Shown here one piece after another: positions 28,365-38,103 of a stretch of 64,000 nt of DNA. The stretch is from Planctomycetota bacterium. Its GTDB lineage: Bacteria > Planctomycetota > SZUA-567 > H5-PLA8. The translations under genes were made by a program, and so were the position numbers. Location: positions 126,402 through 190,401 of the forward strand of contig JBBRPR010000011.1 in NCBI GenBank assembly GCA_038227875.1. The letters run 5' to 3'. The notes under the pieces are model-generated. The model made no database searches. It worked only from the letters and a program-made list of their open reading frames with translations, and was not told where the DNA came from. How positions within the stretch are numbered: the first letter of the stretch is position 1; every line of letters starts with the position of its first letter.

Positions 28365-29261
28365 ATGAAGCTGAGCCAGGCGCAGGTCGAAGAATTCCGG
28401 GACCAGGGCGTGTTGATCGTCAAAGATGTGCTCAACGATTCCGACTTCGCGCCGGTGGAAGCCGAGCTCACTGAATTCATCTCACGCCGCGCGATCGAGC
28501 TGAAGGCGGCGGGCAAGATTAAGGAGCTTCACGAGAATGCGCCGTTCGATACGCGCATCGCTCTGCTCTTCGCTCAGTGCGAAGAGATTGTGGGCGGCAT
28601 CGACATCATGCATCTGCGCGGCAAGGCGGCCTTCGCGTTCCTGTATAATCCGAAGGTGCTCGACGTGGTCGAATCGATCATCGGCTCAGAAATTACCTGC
28701 AGCCCCATTCAGCATCTGCGCCCGAAAGTGCCGAGCAACCTGGGCAAGGGCAACTACGAGCTCGTGCCGTGGCATCAGGATTCGGCCGTGACGTGGGAAG
28801 AAGCGGACTCTGCCGACATCGTCACCTGCTGGATTCCGATGGTCAACGCGACGGTGGAGACCGGCTGCATGCAGATTCTGCCCGGCATCTCCAAGCACGG
28901 CTACATCGAACACGTCGCGGAAGGCGGCACGACCATCCGCCCCGACCTGCTGCCCAAGACGCCGCCGCTGAATGCCGAATGCCCGCGCGGCGGAATCGTG
29001 CTGATGACCAAGCTCACCCCGCACCGCGGTCTGCCCAACGTCAGCAACAAGGTCCGCTGGACGATCGACCTGCGCTACCAGACCACCGGCACGCCGACGG
29101 GCCGCCCGTTCTTCCCAGATTTCCCGGTGCGCTCGAAGCTCAATCCCGAGAGCGTCAAGATGGATCACGCCGACTGGTGCCGCCGCTGGCTGGAAGGTTT
29201 CGAAGCCGGCAAGAGCCAGCACTGGCATCGGACGCAGAAAAAGGCCGCGATGGCGATGTAG
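28365..29261 (+). CDS. Phytanoyl-CoA dioxygenase (PhyH) family Fe(II)/2-oxoglutarate dioxygenase
   Basis: VPWHQDS, TCWIPM..ETGCMQILPG, PHRGLPN..VRWTIDLRY; divergent from the AraC regulator. Confidence 0.92.
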   Translation: MKLSQAQVEEFRDQGVLIVKDVLNDSDFAPVEAELTEFISRRAIELKAAGKIKELHENAPFDTRIALLFAQCEEIVGGIDIMHLRGKAAFAFLYNPKVLDVVESIIGSEITCSPIQHLRPKVPSNLGKGNYELVPWHQDSAVTWEEADSADIVTCWIPMVNATVETGCMQILPGISKHGYIEHVAEGGTTIRPDLLPKTPPLNAECPRGGIVLMTKLTPHRGLPNVSNKVRWTIDLRYQTTGTPTGRPFFPDFPVRSKLNPESVKMDHADWCRRWLEGFEAGKSQHWHRTQKKAAMAM

Positions 29262-29262
29262 A

Positions 29263-29457
29263 ACGGAGTCATTGGGCATTGGGCATTGGGCATTGGGCAT
29301 CGGTCATTTTTCATTTAAAAGCGCTTCGCCATTGGCGAAGCGTTTTTATTTGGGACACTTAGCAGGAATTTCGCGCCAATTCCACTTCCGCGTAAATCAA
29401 TACTCTTCGTAAATGACCAATGAAAAATGACCAATGACCAATAACCAATGACTCTGT
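29263..29457. repeat. Palindromic element B with heptamer arms enclosing a terminator
   Basis: ACGGAGTC(ATTGGGC)n ATCGGTCATTTTTCATTT ... AATGAAAAATGACCAATGACCAATAACCAATGACTCTGT; same termini as element A. Confidence 0.85.
29317..29350. terminator. Bidirectional intrinsic terminator
   Basis: AAAAGCGCTTCGCCA-T-TGGCGAAGCGTTTTT between convergent genes. Confidence 0.8.
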
Positions 29458-29468
29458 TCCCGACTCTG

Positions 29469-30332
29469 TTAAATGGTGTCCAGTTTCTCCGGCACGTCAT
29501 CGAGAGTGACGGTCGGGATCGCCTTCCATGACCAATCTTTGTCGTCGGGACCGCTTTCGGTTTCGAAGCGGTGCTTCCATTTCTTTTTGAACTTCAGGCC
29601 ATTCTTCACCGTCAGGTACGGATAATTCAGCGCGGCGCTGCGGCCGCTCGTCACGTTTTCGAAATGGTAGAGTTCCACGCCCGGCTCGTAGCGGCAGGTG
29701 AATCCCAATTCGCGGATGCGGTACGAGTAGTCGATGTCCTCAAACTGCACGGGCGAGAATTGTTCGTCCAGCGGCCCGACCTGGCGCGCGACGTCGGCGC
29801 GCATCATCCAGCAGGCGCTGATCAACGTCTGGCAATCGGCGGGAACCGTGTAGGTCGGATGATCGCGCGATTCGCCGCGGCCGCGAAAGATGACCTGGCC
29901 GCCTTTCGTCACAGCGCAGCCGGCGCACTGAATGTTGTGCGGCGCGAGCGGATAAACGAGCTTCGGGCTGACGGCGCCGACCTTCGGATTTTCATCGAGC
30001 ACCGCGCTAAGCTTTTCCAGCCAGCCGCGCGTGCGTACCACGGCGTCGTTGTCGAGCAGCACCCAATACTTTCCGCGCATTAATTCCATGCCGCGGTTGC
30101 GACCGACAATCGCGCCTTCGTTCTTTAGCGTCAGTTGCGAGACTTCGATGCCCTCGCGTTGCGCGGTCGTTTCAAATTCCGAAAAGACCGCGGGCGTGTC
30201 GTCGGTCGAACCGTTGTTGACCAGCACCACCTGAAACGGGCGCAGGGTACTCAACGGCAACGACGCCAGACACCGCCGCGTGTACGCCGATTTGTTGAAC
30301 GCGAGAATGAGAATCGAAACATTGGCCGACAT
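29469..30332 (-). CDS. Glycosyltransferase family 2
   Basis: VSILILAFN, VVLVNNGSTD, LLDND, FEDIDYSYR motifs. Confidence 0.93.
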   Translation of the reverse strand: MSANVSILILAFNKSAYTRRCLASLPLSTLRPFQVVLVNNGSTDDTPAVFSEFETTAQREGIEVSQLTLKNEGAIVGRNRGMELMRGKYWVLLDNDAVVRTRGWLEKLSAVLDENPKVGAVSPKLVYPLAPHNIQCAGCAVTKGGQVIFRGRGESRDHPTYTVPADCQTLISACWMMRADVARQVGPLDEQFSPVQFEDIDYSYRIRELGFTCRYEPGVELYHFENVTSGRSAALNYPYLTVKNGLKFKKKWKHRFETESGPDDKDWSWKAIPTVTLDDVPEKLDTI

Positions 30333-30389
30333 AAACGCGTTCTATCCCCACTCCCAGAAGCCAACAGTTAACAGCCAAGAGCCGCCACA

Positions 30390-33191
30390 CTATCGCGCGC
30401 CGCGGACCACGTAAAGGCCGAGTAGCAGCGCCAGCGCCAAACCCAGCAACCACGGAGCCAGTGGCGCAGACGATTGTGCCAGCGCTTTGCTCTCTTCCCA
30501 ATCGCGCAAGTGTTGCGGCCGGTCGATCACACGCGACCCGCCGCCGGCCTTCTGCACCAATTCCTGCATCGCGGTGCGGTCGACGCCCAGTTGCGTGGTC
30601 TCGGCCGAAAACGGAATCGTCACGAAGCGCTCCGGAAATCGCGTGGTCCCTTCGGACACATTTAGGCTGTGCACGTGGCCTGCCGTCGGCGATGAGAATG
30701 TGGCACGATAGACGCCCGGCGCGGTGGGAATCAGCGGCGCTTCAAGCGGCGCCTTCTCCGATTCCACGACGCTCAATTGCGCCCGCGGGGCCAGCCCGTT
30801 CACCGGCGCGTGCGTTCCCGGATCGATCGAACGCACTTCCACGTCGAGCGCGCCATCGGCCGCAACGCGGGTGCTCAGCGACCAACCCGGCGGCATCGGT
30901 TCGTTGCGCGCTTCGGCCCATTCCATCAGCGCGGGGAGCAGCTTTTGACCGGCCGGAGTTTTCAATAGCACGTCGCCGTCCGCGCCATCGTAGCTCAACG
31001 CCAGCGCCGCGACGCGCGCGGTGCCTGGCCACGCGGATCCGGAGAGCACCAGCAGCGGATCGGGCCGGCGCGCGCCTTTTTGCGTGGCCTCCTGCAGCGG
31101 CGCGCTGAGCAGCAGCGTTTCGGCCGCGGGCTTGGCTTTCACGCGGTTGCGGAACGGCAGCGGGGTCCACTCCTTGCCGATGTTCGCCAGCAATGGATGG
31201 TCGAGCGCCGAGCGGACACCGAAGCGTTCGCGCCGCTTGAAGAAATCTTTTTTCTGACTGTCGAAGGCCTGCTGCAGCCGCTCGGCGAGCCGGTCGAACT
31301 GTTCGGAGAACTTTCCGCCGCCCGCGGCGGCGATGTCGCGCATCAAGGCGTCGCCCTTCGCATTTTCGGCGGGATTGGTGCCGATACCGAACGTGAAAAT
31401 CGTTCTCCGCCGCGTCGCACCCGGTTCCAACGGCTGCGCCGGTTCCGGACACAGCGCCCGCGCGCCGGCAATGGTCTGCGCATCCGTCGTTCCCGACGTC
31501 ACCTGCCCGTCGCTCAGCAGCACGACCAGCTGCTCTTCGGCATCGTCCTTGTCGAGTACTTCCTGCGCTTTCTTGATGGGAGCAAGCAGGTCGGTGCTGT
31601 TGACCCTTTTAATTCGGGTCAGCGCGTCGCGAAATTTTGCCCGCTCCGGATCAGTGTTCAATTCCACCAGGTAGTCGGCCGTATCAGAGAACGTGATCAG
31701 GCCCACGCGGTCGAGCGGTTTCAAATGTTGCGCGGCCATCGACAATTGTTTGGCGGCAAAGTCGAATTTCTCGCCCTCCCCCATCTTTTCGCTCATCGAC
31801 GACGAGATATCGATCAGGAACAGTACCGAACGCGTCCGGTCGTCTTCAGGCGTCATCGCAATGGGCAGCAGCGACTCCCATTTTCCGTCGGTCAGATGCC
31901 CGCCCGCGCCAAATGCGTTCTCGCCGCCAACGGCGATCAGCCCCTTGCCCGCATCGAGCGCATCGGAGATTGCCGCGAGTGCCGGATCGGGCAGGTCTTT
32001 CGCCGCCAGGCCATCGACAATGATGCCGGAGTAGGCAGAGTAGTCCGACCCGCGCGTCTTAAAGCGACCGGGCTCGAAGACATCCGTCTGGACGCCCAGG
32101 CCATTGGCGGCGGCCAGATGAGAGAGCGTGGAATTCTTCGCCGCGAGCACGGCCCAGCGCGAGGGACCCGTCACGCGCACGGCCGCGGAAAGCGTGTCCA
32201 TCGAATTCACATCGCCGGCCGGCGTCGCCTGCTCCGAGCCGATCCGTGCGGCGTACATCGATACGCCAATAATGTCCGGTACATCGATGAAGCGGATCGT
32301 CTTCTGCAGTTCACCGCCTGATGGTCCTGACTCGCGCGTCAGTTCGACTTTTTCCGAATGGTAATGCTTCACCTTTTGACCCAAACCGCGCGACCACAGC
32401 TCCACGCGCACCGGTCCGGGGGTGAGTGCCGAGACGGTGACTTCCACCGGAATCGCGCGGCCGATCTGCGCGGTGTCGGGTACGTGAATTGAACGGATGT
32501 GCGCGTCAGCCGGCGTGCCCACGATCACCGGCGTGCAGAGCAGGTCGATGCCCGATCCGGATAACGCCGCGGCGGCCGCCGCCGCGTGGCCTTGCGTGTC
32601 GCGGAAATCACTGAACAGCAGAATCGCGCGGCTTTTGTCGGGATCGGGAAACAGATTGCGCGAGACGCCGATCGCGTTGCCAATGTCCGTGGACTCGGTG
32701 TCGATCACCGATGTGCGCTTTTCCTTTTCCAGAGACGGCAGCGGCGGCAGCACGTCCCGCTTGGCTCCCGGTGAGCCGGGCCGGCTGCGCGCAGAGCTTC
32801 GTGTGGACGCGTCGGTCACTTCCGGCAGCGGCAGCAGCGGGCGTTCGGTCGCCGCCGTTCCGCCAAAGACGACCACGCCGACATCGGTGTGCTTGCGATC
32901 GAGGACGCCGAGGAGTTCGGCGATGCGGTTGTTCTGCGTCGGCAGGTAGAAGACGCTGACACTGTTGCTCACATCCGCCGCAACGATGAGCTGCACATGG
33001 CGGGAAAGGGCCGCCAGTTGCGGACCCATCGCGGCCAGAATCAGCAACAGACAGGCGGATGCGTGGACGGCCAGGGGTTTCCAACTGCGGCGGCGAACTA
33101 CCGATTGGGCGACAAATTGCCGATACCTGACGAAGAACACCCCATATAGAAGGGCGATCAGGATGAATGTGGGGTTGGCAAAATGCATCAT
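30390..33191 (-). CDS. Membrane-anchored protein with two VWA domains and a GATase-like domain
   Basis: MIDAS motifs DVSNS and DISSS, TDIGNAI, LLSDG, GKGLIAVGGENAFGAGG..LLP; TM helices at both ends. Confidence 0.85.
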   Translation of the reverse strand: MMHFANPTFILIALLYGVFFVRYRQFVAQSVVRRRSWKPLAVHASACLLLILAAMGPQLAALSRHVQLIVAADVSNSVSVFYLPTQNNRIAELLGVLDRKHTDVGVVVFGGTAATERPLLPLPEVTDASTRSSARSRPGSPGAKRDVLPPLPSLEKEKRTSVIDTESTDIGNAIGVSRNLFPDPDKSRAILLFSDFRDTQGHAAAAAAALSGSGIDLLCTPVIVGTPADAHIRSIHVPDTAQIGRAIPVEVTVSALTPGPVRVELWSRGLGQKVKHYHSEKVELTRESGPSGGELQKTIRFIDVPDIIGVSMYAARIGSEQATPAGDVNSMDTLSAAVRVTGPSRWAVLAAKNSTLSHLAAANGLGVQTDVFEPGRFKTRGSDYSAYSGIIVDGLAAKDLPDPALAAISDALDAGKGLIAVGGENAFGAGGHLTDGKWESLLPIAMTPEDDRTRSVLFLIDISSSMSEKMGEGEKFDFAAKQLSMAAQHLKPLDRVGLITFSDTADYLVELNTDPERAKFRDALTRIKRVNSTDLLAPIKKAQEVLDKDDAEEQLVVLLSDGQVTSGTTDAQTIAGARALCPEPAQPLEPGATRRRTIFTFGIGTNPAENAKGDALMRDIAAAGGGKFSEQFDRLAERLQQAFDSQKKDFFKRRERFGVRSALDHPLLANIGKEWTPLPFRNRVKAKPAAETLLLSAPLQEATQKGARRPDPLLVLSGSAWPGTARVAALALSYDGADGDVLLKTPAGQKLLPALMEWAEARNEPMPPGWSLSTRVAADGALDVEVRSIDPGTHAPVNGLAPRAQLSVVESEKAPLEAPLIPTAPGVYRATFSSPTAGHVHSLNVSEGTTRFPERFVTIPFSAETTQLGVDRTAMQELVQKAGGGSRVIDRPQHLRDWEESKALAQSSAPLAPWLLGLALALLLGLYVVRGAR

Positions 33192-33435
33192 TTCACATCA
33201 TTCTGAGTACACGAAATGTTCATGCAACCAGAGAAGCCCCAATGAGTTAATTTCACGAGCGGCAGTGCGCAAAATCTGCTCCGAAAGCAAGATTTACCTC
33301 AGAAAGCGTGTCCTTCATACGTCAGAAAAGGGAAGACGGTTGAAACATGTGCCCAAATCCTTAAGTTGGTGTCCCGCCGCTCCAACAGTAAATCGGGAAG
33401 TTGGATTGTAAGTCATTTGGCAACTGGGAGTACCG

Positions 33436-34974
33436 ATGAAGAATCCGAATCAAAACGACAAATCCAGCGGCGGTATGCGCCCCGAGTGGAAGGCCAAGCA
33501 AGTGCGCAACAGTGTCATGGGCGCGCTGAAAATGTTCGTCGGGGTGGTCATCCTCGGTGTCATCGTTGGGATGGGTATCGTGTATCGCGAAAAGTGGATG
33601 CCGCTGGTGTTCGGCAAGCCTGAACAGAAGGTCGCCACGGCCCAGCCGACTCCGCCGCCGCTGCAAAAGGTTGAGCCGGTGAAGGAACTGCCGCCCCCGC
33701 CGCCCGCTGCGGTGCCGCCGCCTCTGCCGGAAAAGAAAGCGACACCTCCTGCCGCCGTGCCTCCGCCACTGCCCACCGGTGAAGAAGAGATCGCATCAAA
33801 GCTGATCGAAAAAGGCCGCGTAGCGCTCGACAATTTCGATTTCGAAAACGCCAAGTCGACCTTCCACGAAGCCTCGCTGAAGAAAGCCGGGCAGCTCAAG
33901 GAAGAGGCCGCGACGTGGGAGAAGAAATCCGACGCGTTCGCCATTGCCACCAAGCACATTACGGTCTCCGATTTCGCCTCTGCTGAAACCGCTTATGTGA
34001 TCGAAACAACTGACGGCCAGGAATTCCGAGGACTGAAGATCTCCGAAGACGGCGAGAAGCTCCGCTTCCAGCGCATCCCGCGGGAGAATCCCGCCAGCAG
34101 CGGCAAGGCGATCATGTACATCGATGTCAGCGACATCCGCAACCGCGTCTCGCTGACCAAGAAGGCACGCCACGATCAGTTCCTGGATCTGCTCGCGCAT
34201 CTGGAAGGCAGCGTGACAATTCAGCGCAGCGCCGACTACTACGACCTGGTCTTCCTGAGCAAGCGCCTGGGACTGGGCCACGAATGCATGGAGTACCTCA
34301 ACCGCGCCTACACCGGCGGCCCGACGCACCCTGCCGATCCGTACGTCGCCGACAGCTTCCGCAAGGAGCTGATCCGCCGCACGATCGACCGCGCCTCGCT
34401 GATGCTGGCCGCCGGACGCGCCAAGCACATCGTCGACGCAGAACTCAACGACCTGGTCAAGACGCTCAAGGGCTACAGCGTGGCTGAAGACGAAGTCGAA
34501 GCCTTCCGCCACACGGTCATGGCCAACATTCGAGAAGGCTTCAAATCGACGATCACCTTGAAGAAGGCCGCGGAAAAGGCGCCGGCCGTTGCCGACGCCA
34601 AGGTCGTCAAGAACGCCAACGCGCCTGCCACTCCCCCGCCCGTTCAACAGTCCGCCCGGCAACTGACGGAAGCGAACAACGAAGAAGAGATCGAAGTCTC
34701 CAGCGACTCAGTGCAGGGTCATGGCGCGGCCGCCAGCGTCGTCGACAAAGCCAACGCGAAGTACGAGGAAGGCATGAAGTTCTACCGCGGCTTCAAGCAG
34801 GGCTCCAACGGCGACAACAACAAGAACCTGCGCGCCGCACTGAAGTGCCTCGACGAAGCCGTGGACCTCTACGACCAGGCGCTGAAGACCGAGCCGAGCA
34901 ACAAGGCCATCATGGACCGCCAGACCGAGGCGAGCATGGTGGCGTACGGTTGCCGGAAGTATCAGACGTTATAA
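33436..34974 (+). CDS. Hypothetical membrane-anchored protein with Pro-rich stalk and TPR-like helices
   Basis: TM segment FVGVVILGVIVGMGIVY, poly-Pro linker, strong codon bias, GGGAG RBS. Confidence 0.8.
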   Translation: MKNPNQNDKSSGGMRPEWKAKQVRNSVMGALKMFVGVVILGVIVGMGIVYREKWMPLVFGKPEQKVATAQPTPPPLQKVEPVKELPPPPPAAVPPPLPEKKATPPAAVPPPLPTGEEEIASKLIEKGRVALDNFDFENAKSTFHEASLKKAGQLKEEAATWEKKSDAFAIATKHITVSDFASAETAYVIETTDGQEFRGLKISEDGEKLRFQRIPRENPASSGKAIMYIDVSDIRNRVSLTKKARHDQFLDLLAHLEGSVTIQRSADYYDLVFLSKRLGLGHECMEYLNRAYTGGPTHPADPYVADSFRKELIRRTIDRASLMLAAGRAKHIVDAELNDLVKTLKGYSVAEDEVEAFRHTVMANIREGFKSTITLKKAAEKAPAVADAKVVKNANAPATPPPVQQSARQLTEANNEEEIEVSSDSVQGHGAAASVVDKANAKYEEGMKFYRGFKQGSNGDNNKNLRAALKCLDEAVDLYDQALKTEPSNKAIMDRQTEASMVAYGCRKYQTL

Positions 34975-35179
34975 CGGCATTGCGGATTGCGGATTGCGGA
35001 TTGGCGAAGCAAGTCAGTCCGTTATGCGGGTCTGGATCCGAGAGCATGATTTTTGCCACAGAGACCGGCCGTATGCCTCCTCCGTTGCAATCCGTCTCAC
35101 ACCGACATGATCTCAGAGAGCCGGCAAAGCGGACGGAACTGCTTAGCGAATCCGCAATCCCAAATCCGCAATGCTGTTA
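34972..35179. repeat. Palindromic element C with (GGATTGC) heptamer arms and ~60-bp inverted repeats
   Basis: TAACGGCATTGCGGATTGCGGATTGCGGATTGGCGAAGCAAGTCAGTCCG versus reverse complement of right arm TAACAGCATTGCGGATTTGGGATTGCGGATTCGCTAAGCAGTTCCGTCCG. Confidence 0.85.
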
Positions 35180-35321
35180 ATCGCGTTAACTCCAGCCTCA
35201 TACACCGTTAGCATTACGCACACGTATTAAGCACAATGCGCAAATCAAGGCGCGTACTCAGTTTGAAGAGGCGTGCAAGTAAAAAAATGGCCTGAAACTC
35301 GCTATTTAGGAAACAAAAATC

Positions 35322-35350
35322 TTTACTTTCCAGCGCGGATTTCCTAAAAT
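35322..35350 (+). promoter_or_regulatory. Sigma70-type promoter of the J-domain gene
   Basis: TTTACT-17 bp-TAAAAT preceded by an A-rich UP-like tract. Confidence 0.55.
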
Positions 35351-35507
35351 CCCTTTCGTTGTAGCAAGCCTTGCTGGACGTTTTCAGCGCCGCTCCTTTG
35401 GCTGTTTCAGACCTTGAAAGCTAAAGACGCCGAAGGACTTACGCTGTACGGGACAGCAACATGAGCAGGTCTGCTCTTGTGCATTCAGAGAGGGTAGGAG
35501 GTACGAA

Positions 35508-36317
35508 GTGATCTCAGGAATGATCAATTATTACGAAGTGCTGGAGATCCAGCCAGAGGCAAAGCCTGACGAGATCAAGCGCTCGTTCCGGCGGCTGGCG
35601 AAGAAATACCATCCGGACCACAACTCATCCCGCACCAAATGGGCGGAAGCCAAGATGAGGGTGATCCTCAAGGCCTATGACACGTTGATGAACGAGGCTG
35701 AGCGTACGGACTATGACCGTAAGCTGCGCCCCTTCTTGAAGGCGTATCAGGATCCGTATCGCGAAAATCTGGCCAAGCGCTCCGACGACCCGGCCGCGCA
35801 GTCGCGCCTGATCCTCTACAACCTTCTTAACGATGCGCCCAACCAGGCGATCGAGATCTACGAACGCATGCGCGCTCGCGACGAGAACTTCGAAGTCTGG
35901 CAGTACTTGGACCAGAAGGACTATCTCGACTGCCAGTTCCTGATGGGCGAAGAGTACGAGCGCCAGGGCAACTGGAAGGCCGCACTGCGCTTCTACGAAA
36001 ACGTGTACTCGGCCGAGAAGAACTCGCCGATGCGCTTCTTCCTGGAAGAAGTCAAAGACCGCATCCGCGACATCTACTGCAAGAAGGTCGCGCGGCGCTG
36101 CAAGCCCATTGAGTCGGTCAAGATCTACGAAAAGGTCATGGCGATGGGCGTCAGCAAGAAGACGGAAGCGTATCTCCACAAGAAGATCGCTGAGAGCTAC
36201 TTTAAAGGCAGCGTCGAGAAGAAGGCCCGCGTCCACCTCAAGCGCGCTTTCGAACTCGAGCCGAAGTTGAAGGGCGCCCAGAAGATCTGCGAGAAACTCG
36301 CCGTCGACCGCCGCTAA
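35508..36317 (+). CDS. J-domain (DnaJ class C) protein with TPR-like C-terminus
   Basis: NYYEVLEI..EIKRSFRRLAKKYHPD; TPR-like helices; AGGAGG RBS. Confidence 0.9.
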   Translation: MISGMINYYEVLEIQPEAKPDEIKRSFRRLAKKYHPDHNSSRTKWAEAKMRVILKAYDTLMNEAERTDYDRKLRPFLKAYQDPYRENLAKRSDDPAAQSRLILYNLLNDAPNQAIEIYERMRARDENFEVWQYLDQKDYLDCQFLMGEEYERQGNWKAALRFYENVYSAEKNSPMRFFLEEVKDRIRDIYCKKVARRCKPIESVKIYEKVMAMGVSKKTEAYLHKKIAESYFKGSVEKKARVHLKRAFELEPKLKGAQKICEKLAVDRR

Positions 36318-36342
36318 GCAAATCAACTCATCCCGAAGTCAT

Positions 36343-36375
36343 GCGCGCCCCTGATCTCAGGGGCGCGTTCGTTTT
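36343..36375 (+). terminator. Intrinsic terminator
   Basis: GCGCGCCCCTGA..TCAGGGGCGCGT followed by TCGTTTT. Confidence 0.75.
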
Positions 36376-36449
36376 GCTATTGCTGATTCCACTCACTGGC
36401 TCATGGCCGGAAAGCGCGGTATAACTGCGCGCTGCATCCGAGGAACTTC

Positions 36450-38084
36450 ATGGCCAGCGAAAAGCTCAGCGACTCTTCTGCTCTGCCACCCGGGCACGTC
36501 TGGTTTGCCTTTGGGATTGCGGCGGTGCTGCGGATGCTGCCGTTTCTGCTGACGCAATTGAGCCACCCGCCGACGGTCGATTATTTCCCAATGGGCTATC
36601 TGCCCAAGGATTGGCTGGCGTACGTCGCGTGCATCCGGGAGACGGCGCACACGGGACACATCGCCTTTGATAATCCGTTCACGACCGACCTGCAGAGCGG
36701 GCGGTTCATTCTGCTGTTTCACTGGTTGCTGGGCCAGATTTCGGCGCTGACACATCTCGATCCGTTTTACGTGCTCGAATTTTCGCGCGTGCCGATGCTG
36801 GCGATTTTCCTGGTGGTGCTGTGGCGGTTCATCACCCCGATTCTGCCCGACCCGCGCCATCGCGCGTGGGCCTGCTGGCTGATCGCGCTCTCCAGCGGCG
36901 TCGAATTTTTTGTGCGTTTGATCGTCAAGAAATTGCCCGAAGGCGTCGTCGGGCGCACGTCGCTGGATCTCTGGCACATGTTCGGCTGGAACATGTTCGA
37001 GAGTTTCTACAATCCGCTCTGGATCGCCGCGCTGACCTTGCTGCTGTTGACGCTGCAACCGCTGCTGAAGCCCGGCGGGCCGGCTCCGCTTAAGGAAGGC
37101 GGCTGGAAAGACGCGCTGCAGAGCGGCTTGGGATTTTTTCTGCTCTACTATTCGCATCCGTACACAGGCGTCGCGGTGGTGCCCATTCTGGCGGTCACGT
37201 TTGCGCTGCGGCTGATTTTCAGCGACGGCGGCGTCTGGAGTTCGATGCTGCGCACGGGACTTATTTTCGTGCCGGGCGCGATTGCAATCGCGCTGATCTC
37301 GCGCTGGCAGAATCAGGACCCCGTGTTCAAGCAATCGGCCGGCGGCGTCTTCGGATCGCAGGAACTTCCCGTCTTCTGGTATCCGCTGACCTACGGCGTG
37401 CTCTGCGTTTTCGGGCTGCTGGGCTGGCAGCGCATGATCAAGAGCGCGCATCCGTGGCGCTTCGCGCTGGCCGGGTGGTCGGTGGCGGTGATGCTGCTGC
37501 ATTCCTGCCCGCTGATCAACGGCTACAAATTCGCGTTCCTGCTCTATATTCCGCTCTGCATCGCGGCCGCGCCGGCGGTCTCGGATGCGTTCTCCGCGTT
37601 GTGGCTCAACCGCAAACCGGCGGCGCTCGCGCTGGGTACGCTGCTCTTCGCCGGCAATCTGGAACTGACGTGGCGCTGTCTCGACGAAGTCTGCATGCCC
37701 TTCCCGAACGGCGCGATGGCGATGCCGGCGTATGTCGCCGTCTGCAAGACGCTGGCAGCGGAGCCGGAAGGCAATGTCATGGCCTCGGCCGCGCTGGGCA
37801 ATGCCATTCCAGCGTGCGCGCCTGATCATGTCTTTGTCGGGCAGTGGTTCATGACGCCTCAGTACGGTCAGAAATCGAATGTCTATGAGATGCTCGTGAA
37901 GTACCTCGACGTTCCCGAGCGCGCAGCGGACGCCGACCAGAGCGTGCGGCAGGTCTTGATTGACAACCGCATCCGCTATCTGGTGATCCCAACGCGCGAC
38001 GCGGCGAAAGCGCAGGACGTACTGGGCGCGGCGTTCGTGCGGAAGCTTGACGCGGGGTTTCTCTGTATTATCGAAGTGAAGTAA
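36450..38084 (+). CDS. Polytopic membrane protein (possibly GT-C-like)
   Basis: More than 10 hydrophobic segments; early loop with D (KDWLAY) and FDNPFTTD; soluble C-terminal domain ending IRYLVI. Confidence 0.65.
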   Translation: MASEKLSDSSALPPGHVWFAFGIAAVLRMLPFLLTQLSHPPTVDYFPMGYLPKDWLAYVACIRETAHTGHIAFDNPFTTDLQSGRFILLFHWLLGQISALTHLDPFYVLEFSRVPMLAIFLVVLWRFITPILPDPRHRAWACWLIALSSGVEFFVRLIVKKLPEGVVGRTSLDLWHMFGWNMFESFYNPLWIAALTLLLLTLQPLLKPGGPAPLKEGGWKDALQSGLGFFLLYYSHPYTGVAVVPILAVTFALRLIFSDGGVWSSMLRTGLIFVPGAIAIALISRWQNQDPVFKQSAGGVFGSQELPVFWYPLTYGVLCVFGLLGWQRMIKSAHPWRFALAGWSVAVMLLHSCPLINGYKFAFLLYIPLCIAAAPAVSDAFSALWLNRKPAALALGTLLFAGNLELTWRCLDEVCMPFPNGAMAMPAYVAVCKTLAAEPEGNVMASAALGNAIPACAPDHVFVGQWFMTPQYGQKSNVYEMLVKYLDVPERAADADQSVRQVLIDNRIRYLVIPTRDAAKAQDVLGAAFVRKLDAGFLCIIEVK

Positions 38085-38103
38085 CGGCGTAAACTTCGGG
38101 ACG

